From IMG/VR virus record IMGVR_UViG_3300028283_000001: DNA of 20,000 nt; one strand, 5' to 3'. The notes under the pieces are model-generated. The model made no database searches, had not been told where the DNA came from, and was given only the letters and a program-made list of their open reading frames with translations. Each line of letters starts with the position of its first letter. Position 1 is the stretch's first letter. Below are positions 14,499-20,000 of this stretch, piece by piece. Origin of the DNA: an uncultured virus (IMG/VR IMGVR_UViG_3300028283_000001) (Duplodnaviria > Heunggongvirae > Uroviricota > Caudoviricetes). The position numbers and the translations under genes were made by a program.

Positions 14499-15470
14499 AT
14501 GGCTTATGATTTTACTACCAAAAACGATGGGGCCATAAAAGCATCGGAACTCGTCGTTAGTATTTTCGATCAGGTGGACAGTGCATTCTACGATGTTCTG
14601 TACCCTGACATCCTGTGGAGAGATAATATTCCGCAGGGATCCATTAAATCCGATATCAACCCAGGGGCCATGAATCATGTTTACCGCTCCAGGGACGTCA
14701 AGGGAATGGGGCAGTTCATCAATGGTGATGTAAAGAACATTCCGCGTGTTGGACAGTCCATTGGGCAAATCACTGTACCGATTTTGGATGCGGCCGTAGG
14801 ATGCACCATTACCGATATGGAGGCAGAGCGGTACCAGTACGGGTACAATTCCAGCCTGGCGCAGGACATCGGGGAAGTGATGCGTAGAGCCACTGATCTG
14901 CATGTGGAGCGTTGCTATTTCTTTGGTGATGCCATGGCCGGGTTTCTTTCTTATCTGGATTACCCGACCGTCACAAAAATCCCGGCAGACGCTTGGACCG
15001 GGGCAGACCCGCAAGCATGGGTCAATAGCATCAATGACGCTATTACCGCAGTGTGGGTTGCGTCAAAGAACGTGCACTTGCCCGATACCGTGAAGATGCC
15101 TCCGTCCCTGTTCAGCATGCTGTCACAGGCGTACGTTATTGGCACCTCTACTACGGGGCTGGCAGTGCCGGCGTTTGACTTTCTGCAGAAGTCTAATATC
15201 TGCACCATGGTCACCGGTAAACCGCTGAAGATCGTCCCCCTGCGTTATCTGGAAGGGGCCGGAGTAGGCGGGGCAGACCGTATCATCATCCAGGAAGATA
15301 TGGATCGGAACTTTGTGATGCCATTTCCCCTGCCGTATCAGTTGGCGCAGCCCGTGCCGGTGGCATTCGGAGTTGACACCTTTGCTCGGTATAAGTTTGG
15401 CAGCTTCAACATTCGTTACCCTGGCAGTATGGCGTATCTTGATGTTGCGCAGGCCGACTCGTCTTCCTAA
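14499..15470 (+). CDS. Major capsid protein (DUF2184-type, HK97 fold)
   Basis: 323 aa. D...YDV.YP, G.G.FI....IP.V, FGD...G.L.YP, PDT..MPP and G...RYP....Y.D motifs. CAGGAGG RBS before ATG 14499. Confidence 0.9.
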   Translation: MAYDFTTKNDGAIKASELVVSIFDQVDSAFYDVLYPDILWRDNIPQGSIKSDINPGAMNHVYRSRDVKGMGQFINGDVKNIPRVGQSIGQITVPILDAAVGCTITDMEAERYQYGYNSSLAQDIGEVMRRATDLHVERCYFFGDAMAGFLSYLDYPTVTKIPADAWTGADPQAWVNSINDAITAVWVASKNVHLPDTVKMPPSLFSMLSQAYVIGTSTTGLAVPAFDFLQKSNICTMVTGKPLKIVPLRYLEGAGVGGADRIIIQEDMDRNFVMPFPLPYQLAQPVPVAFGVDTFARYKFGSFNIRYPGSMAYLDVAQADSSS

Positions 15471-15566
15471 CCCTTTAACTCTCAGCCAAACTGGTGTAAG
15501 TCCCGGCTGAGTTGCTATGCCGGGCAAACTTTTCTTTTTAACCACGCATAAAGGAGTGTAAGAAAA

Positions 15567-16052
15567 ATGGAACGAAAATCAAAAACAGATGTAAAAGTGA
15601 AAATGCAGCGGACCAGAAAGACCCCAACCGCTATATCGGCCCCGGACCCGGCCCCCATAGTTATAATTTCATCCCCGGTTGCCCCTGTACCGAGCAAGGC
15701 ACGGCGCACGATCTATTACATAGCTAACCCTACGGCGGCGGATGTAATTTATCCCCGCCCTGGCAGGGGGGGCTTGCGGGCCACACAGATTATTTTTCCC
15801 GCTGGGAAGTCCACCGCAGTTGATGCTGCAGAATGGGCAGAAATTCGAAAAATCAGCGGCATGCGAAATTATCTGGACAATGGGATGCTTGCAGAGGTCG
15901 GAACGGAAAAGGACGTTTTAATTGTAAAGGAAGCCTCCGCAGACCCCCCTATCCCTGAGCATCTGAAAAGGGAAGGGGAAGAAGTGCATGGCAAGGCTAC
16001 AGAGGTTAAAGCATCCGTCCGGCAAAAGACCGTTACCCATATCAATGTTTAG
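15567..16052 (+). CDS. Hypothetical protein downstream of the major capsid gene
   Basis: AAGGAG RBS. Position typical of head-associated genes. Confidence 0.7.
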   Translation: MERKSKTDVKVKMQRTRKTPTAISAPDPAPIVIISSPVAPVPSKARRTIYYIANPTAADVIYPRPGRGGLRATQIIFPAGKSTAVDAAEWAEIRKISGMRNYLDNGMLAEVGTEKDVLIVKEASADPPIPEHLKREGEEVHGKATEVKASVRQKTVTHINV

Positions 16053-16070
16053 AAAGGGGTCCCCGTAATT

Positions 16071-16418
16071 ATGAAAACCATTATCAATAAAGTTACCCAC
16101 ATCAAAAAGTCCCTTCTCCCTGATGAGAAAGAATTCATCACATACTTTGACCTTATGAAATCCGTTATTGACCGGCAACCTGAGCAGGGGTTCACCACGG
16201 AGGAAATGCGGAAACGGCTCCGGGTTCTTAATGCTATTGGGGAGAAACTCCCCTTGGAGTCTGCGGATCTTGAGGATGCGGATTTTGCAACCCTACAGAC
16301 CGCATGGCAAGCGATGCGTTGGGGAATGGTCCATAAGGACATTATCGCGGTGGAGGATTATTTATCCAGCCTTTCCGCCCTTACCCCTCCTACGGCTGTA
16401 CACCCCATTAAGAGGTAG
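16071..16418 (+). CDS. Hypothetical protein
   Basis: 115-aa ORF in the operon. Confidence 0.7.
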   Translation: MKTIINKVTHIKKSLLPDEKEFITYFDLMKSVIDRQPEQGFTTEEMRKRLRVLNAIGEKLPLESADLEDADFATLQTAWQAMRWGMVHKDIIAVEDYLSSLSALTPPTAVHPIKR

Positions 16419-16426
16419 AAAAACTA

Positions 16427-18043
16427 ATGACTGGTATTCTTGCAAAGTCTTCTGGATCAAGTGCTGCCGGATTGAATTCCCTTGCAACTGCCGAAAATGA
16501 TTTCCTTGTTGGCGCACCTACTCCCTTTGGGTCTTGGGTGAAAAAGACAGTTGCGGAAGTTAAGACGATTTTGGGCCTTGGAAGCGCGGCATACACGGCT
16601 TCAGGGGCTTATGATGTTGCAGGTGCGGCTGCGGGAATTATTGCTGCAAGTATCTCAGACGGCGACACTATGCACACGCCTTCATGTGACGCCGTGTTTG
16701 ACGCGCTGGCTGGGAAAGCCCCATTATCGTCTCCTACGTTGACAGGCACTCCTGCAGCTCCCACAGCCGCCGACAACACCTCTACGAATCAGCTTGCCAC
16801 GACAGCCTTTGCAAAGAGTCAAGATGCGGTGCTTGCAAGACTTCCAGATCAAGCAATAAATATGACTGCTGCTGCGAGTGGGAGTAGTGGGATTACGGTT
16901 GCAGATAATGATAATGTTGACTTTGGTACTGGAAACTTTACGTTGGCGTGGATAGGGAGTTTACCGGATTGGACACCCAGTTCTGCTCCAACATGGCTTT
17001 TAACAAAAATACAAGATGGAGATAACCGTTGGGGCTGTTATATCAACACTACTACTGGCTGTATTGGGTATGTGCATGCAAAAACTGGGGGCGCAACTGT
17101 TTCTAAACTTTCAACAATTTCTCTTCTCCACGCTGATAATACAGCGCATTGTATTGTAATGGTTGTAACAAGAGAAACAGCATCGGTTGCTGGATCAATT
17201 ACTATCTATGATGACGCTTTACTTGTCGAGGCAATTTCTATTGCAGCTGGAACACCTGCTAATATTTCCAATACTGGAAGTTTAGCGATTTTTGGTTATT
17301 TAGATGTTCGTTTTGCCGGAACTTGCTCCTTCGCCGCCACCTACAACCGAGCATTAACCGCAGCAGAAGTCCTTGATTTGTACCGGAATGGCGTTGCTTT
17401 TGCGGATAAGTGGGGGTCGCAGGCGGAGTTAATTGCGGCGACAAATGATAGGACATTTGCAGGAGCGAATAACTGGGCTAACGGTAATTTTAATGCGTTC
17501 AATGCGTCAATAGACTTGTCCATCACTGCTAACGCCGCCTACCAATATTGTTACCTACCTGATACTTATGCACCTATGACCCATCAAGGTAAAAAATATA
17601 GACTTAGCTTTAACGCTGCTAATATTGTTGGACTGTTCAGTATTTATGATGTTGTAACTGCTACTTTAATATTTCCTGCTGGATCATTCACGTCCGGAAC
17701 AAATGTTATTGAATTTACAAACTTAGGAGTAACAGGGGGCATTAGATTAAGAGCAGAATCAAGTAATTCTGCTGGTGATTTTGATAACTTTTCTCTTATT
17801 GAAATCGGCGCAACCCTCGCCCTCGAACCAGAAGGAATCCAAAACAACCTTTGGTACGACTCGTCAAGCAATGCGCTGAATGCATCTTACCCGACAACTG
17901 GGTGGAGTTTGACACGGCGTCTCAATTGGGCAACTCTTCCGACAGGTGCAAATAACGCTGCTGCCGCCGCTGCTGGCGTACTTGTTGGGGGGCTTTATCG
18001 AACAAATGCAGATCCATCTGTGCTTTGCACAAGAACGGCATAA
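16427..18043 (+). CDS. Fibre/appendage protein with a LamG (concanavalin-A-like) domain
   Basis: Fibre repeat SPTLTGTPAAPTA...QLATTAF, LamG motifs DFGTGNFT and YNRALTAAEV..LY, C-terminal NAAAAAAGV.VGGLYRT. Confidence 0.8.
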   Translation: MTGILAKSSGSSAAGLNSLATAENDFLVGAPTPFGSWVKKTVAEVKTILGLGSAAYTASGAYDVAGAAAGIIAASISDGDTMHTPSCDAVFDALAGKAPLSSPTLTGTPAAPTAADNTSTNQLATTAFAKSQDAVLARLPDQAINMTAAASGSSGITVADNDNVDFGTGNFTLAWIGSLPDWTPSSAPTWLLTKIQDGDNRWGCYINTTTGCIGYVHAKTGGATVSKLSTISLLHADNTAHCIVMVVTRETASVAGSITIYDDALLVEAISIAAGTPANISNTGSLAIFGYLDVRFAGTCSFAATYNRALTAAEVLDLYRNGVAFADKWGSQAELIAATNDRTFAGANNWANGNFNAFNASIDLSITANAAYQYCYLPDTYAPMTHQGKKYRLSFNAANIVGLFSIYDVVTATLIFPAGSFTSGTNVIEFTNLGVTGGIRLRAESSNSAGDFDNFSLIEIGATLALEPEGIQNNLWYDSSSNALNASYPTTGWSLTRRLNWATLPTGANNAAAAAAGVLVGGLYRTNADPSVLCTRTA

Positions 18044-18055
18044 AGGAGAAGTGGG

Positions 18056-18319
18056 ATGCTTGAGAAAATTACAACCAAAGAAAGTACCCAGATAGATCAA
18101 AATGGCAGGATTCGCGTAACATATCGAAATCAGGTGCTTGAAGATGGTGTGGAAGTTACGAGCTTTTATTCGGTAGAAACCATTGACCCTACCAAAGATA
18201 CTGAGCTTTCTGACAACTTAAGCGCGACGCTTAAAAACGTGGATGCTGAAATTGTCAGCAGGAAAGAGGCCGTTAAGATTGAATCAGTCCCGATTAAAGA
18301 AGCCGTTATCGATCCGTAA
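18056..18319 (+). CDS. Hypothetical protein, possible fibre accessory
   Basis: AAGGAGA RBS, directly after the fibre gene. Confidence 0.65.
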   Translation: MLEKITTKESTQIDQNGRIRVTYRNQVLEDGVEVTSFYSVETIDPTKDTELSDNLSATLKNVDAEIVSRKEAVKIESVPIKEAVIDP

Positions 18320-18350
18320 AGACTTGAAACAACTTTAGGAAATACGTGGA

Positions 18351-18554
18351 ATGGATCAAGTATTATTAAAACTCATAAACGTCTTAGCCGAACCCGTGCA
18401 GCTCGTGATGCTTCTTTGGATCATGTACTGCATCAAGGACAAGTACGATCTGCAAAAGATCAACAGGCAACTGTTAATCGTTCAACAGGAGCGTGGAATC
18501 ATCCTGACCAAAATCACCATGATGATAGAATCATTAATCAAGGGAGGAAAGTAA
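18351..18554 (+). CDS. Small single-TM protein, possible holin
   Basis: Hydrophobic VQLVMLLWIMYCI followed by a coiled coil. Near the lysozyme gene. Confidence 0.55.
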   Translation: MDQVLLKLINVLAEPVQLVMLLWIMYCIKDKYDLQKINRQLLIVQQERGIILTKITMMIESLIKGGK

Positions 18555-18556
18555 AC

Positions 18557-18781
18557 GTGAAATTGCTCTCTTGGCTATTAAGTCCATCAAAAAAGAATCA
18601 AGCAATCCTGGATGAAATTGAGATCCACAGGGAAATCATCAAGCAAACAGGAAACGCAGTAGATCAACTGATGGCAGAATTTAATGACGAAACCGGGAAC
18701 CTTACCTGTGGTTGTAAAGAAAAGGAGCTTAAACCTCATGTTGCATTCCCTCATAGTAAACAGCATCAATGCGCTTCTTAG
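18557..18781 (+). CDS. Hypothetical protein
   Basis: GGGAGG RBS before GTG 18557. Confidence 0.55.
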   Translation: MKLLSWLLSPSKKNQAILDEIEIHREIIKQTGNAVDQLMAEFNDETGNLTCGCKEKELKPHVAFPHSKQHQCAS

Positions 18782-19070
18782 TGCGTATTTATTCTTTTTA
18801 TTCGCAAGATGGTTCACACATTCAAGGACAAAGATTTATAAAGTCACTTGCTTTCTCATGCTTGGCCTGACGCTGCAATACGCTACTACGGCGATGTCTT
18901 ATTGGCGCTGCATCCATGGTGAGGATTTTGATTTTATTGTTACAAGTTGGTTTGTTTCCTATAACCGCTACTTTGTAATGATTCCGCTGGTTTGGTATTG
19001 CGGCCATGTCACAAAAAGGGTGTTCTGGCCCGAACCACCAGCTATGTATAAACGGAGGCTTACGGACTGA
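18738..19070 (+). CDS. Three-TM membrane protein, candidate holin
   Basis: AAGGAG RBS, three hydrophobic segments, basic C-terminus. Stop overlaps the lysozyme start (TGATG). Confidence 0.55.
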   Translation: MLHSLIVNSINALLSAYLFFLFARWFTHSRTKIYKVTCFLMLGLTLQYATTAMSYWRCIHGEDFDFIVTSWFVSYNRYFVMIPLVWYCGHVTKRVFWPEPPAMYKRRLTD

Positions 19071-19483
19071 TGGATGATGATATTAAGGCATCAATAAAAC
19101 GAGAAGAAGGATTGAGGCTTGAATCTTATCCTGATTCAAGGGGGTTGCTTACCATTGGTTATGGGCATCTGCTGGTGCATGGCTCAACCATTCCGATTGA
19201 AGCGGCTGAACTCATTTTTGAGGCTGATTATGCACTGGCGGTAAATGGTTATGATTCTCTTGCGCTAACGCTTGACTCAGCGCGGCGCGGAGCGGTTATT
19301 GATATGATCTTTAATATGGGGATTGCCGGGGTAAAGAAATTCAAACGGTTTTTGCTGTATCTGAAGGCCGCAAACTGGCACGCTGCTGCATCTGAGTTGA
19401 TGGACTCGGCTTATGCCGGGCAAGTACCAAATCGTGCAAAAAGAAACAGGGATAAAATTCTGTATGGCTCCGAGCCTTCTTAA
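19070..19483 (+). CDS. Endolysin, GH24 (T4-like) lysozyme
   Basis: E13-x8-D22-x5-T28 triad (EEGLRLESYPDSRGLLTIGYG) has the same spacing as T4 lysozyme E11/D20/T26. Also M.FNMG and S.YA.QV..RA motifs. Confidence 0.95.
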   Translation: MDDDIKASIKREEGLRLESYPDSRGLLTIGYGHLLVHGSTIPIEAAELIFEADYALAVNGYDSLALTLDSARRGAVIDMIFNMGIAGVKKFKRFLLYLKAANWHAAASELMDSAYAGQVPNRAKRNRDKILYGSEPS

Positions 19484-19496
19484 CGAACGTCTGAAA

Positions 19497-19727
19497 ATGA
19501 GTCGGGAAATTGTGCTTGAAAAAGGATTATCAGCGTTGACTCATGATGAGCTACTTGATATGATAACTCGTCCGGTGGTTTGTCGGGGCGTTGGGCCTGA
19601 AGTGATAACGAAAAAGCCTGTTGCGGAGATGCCTACGTTTAGGCGGTTTATCAGCTTCAGTTCTGATGAACCAGAAGATGATGAAGAAGAAAGCGATATT
19701 TACCCGCGTGAGGTGCATTATCCATGA
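19497..19727 (+). CDS. Hypothetical protein with an acidic C-terminus
   Basis: ORF following the lysozyme; start uncertain. Confidence 0.45.
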   Translation: MSREIVLEKGLSALTHDELLDMITRPVVCRGVGPEVITKKPVAEMPTFRRFISFSSDEPEDDEEESDIYPREVHYP

Positions 19728-19888
19728 TTAAAAGACTATTCGCATTTGTTTGGAAGCACTGGCTATACAATGAAAGAACGCGCAGTTACGCAAAAGTTGT
19801 CAGAGTCAAAGGGTGGCGAACGGCTCTTGTTGACTGGCCCGGACTTGGAAGGCAAACCATTTCTCCGTGTTTTTGGTGGTTTCAATGA
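19724..19888 (+). CDS. Hypothetical protein (54 aa, MIKRLFAFVWKHW...)
   Basis: GAGGT RBS, ATGA overlaps at both ends. Confidence 0.45.
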   Translation: MIKRLFAFVWKHWLYNERTRSYAKVVRVKGWRTALVDWPGLGRQTISPCFWWFQ

Positions 19889-20000
19889 TCATCATGCCAA
19901 AGTACAAGCGAAAGCAAAAAGTCCCACCCGCTTTTTCAAAGAAAGCTCTGGAACTGGCGATCAGACAAGCTGTCTGGATGCGATATGGGAAGCTGGTGAA
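19885..20000 (+). CDS. Hypothetical protein (partial, runs off the window)
   Basis: ATGA-coupled open frame MIIMPKYKRKQKVPP... to the window end. Confidence 0.35.
   Translation, partial: MIIMPKYKRKQKVPPAFSKKALELAIRQAVWMRYGKLV

Larger units (their letters stand above)
1..20000 (+). mobile_element. Tailed dsDNA phage/prophage segment (accessory region, packaging/head module, fibre, lysis)
   Basis: Co-oriented, tightly packed TerS-TerL-portal-MuF-protease-capsid gene order plus lysozyme. No host housekeeping genes seen. Confidence 0.97.

Noticed and set aside
15478..15540. Rho-independent terminator after the major capsid gene
   Set aside because: The CTCAGCC/GGCTGAG stem has a long loop and is not adjacent to the T-tract. 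The stem nearest the T-tract is only 4 bp.
1..20000. CRISPR array, integrase/att site, DGR or alternative genetic code
   Set aside because: No regularly spaced repeats, recombinase or reverse transcriptase seen. Core genes are intact in the standard code and use TAA, TGA and TAG stops.

Overview
All 20 kb looks like tailed dsDNA phage or prophage sequence (Caudoviricetes), and the genes I can support are all on the + strand. Bases 1-5316 are an accessory region: the C-terminal half of a Rad50/SbcC (gp46-like) ATPase, a stand-alone ClpX-type zinc finger, a DUF5664-like dATP/dGTP diphosphohydrolase, many small ORFs, and several non-canonical tRNA-like RNA structures. From 5440 there is a packaging and head module: TerS, TerL, DUF1073-type portal, DUF5661-like protein, MuF, DUF2213-type prohead protease/scaffold, decoration protein and DUF2184-type major capsid protein. 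A LamG-domain fibre protein and a lysis cassette follow. The main finding is that the portal ORF is fused in frame to an apparently intact bacterial/poxviral-type DNA topoisomerase IB. Head-module proteins also carry recurring hydrophobic-x-Asn motifs, several at positions where I recall Asp in related phages. This suggests an Asn-specific maturation protease that releases packaged cargo (TopIB, an Rmf-like peptide and others). Family assignments come from motif recognition by eye; no database search was run.
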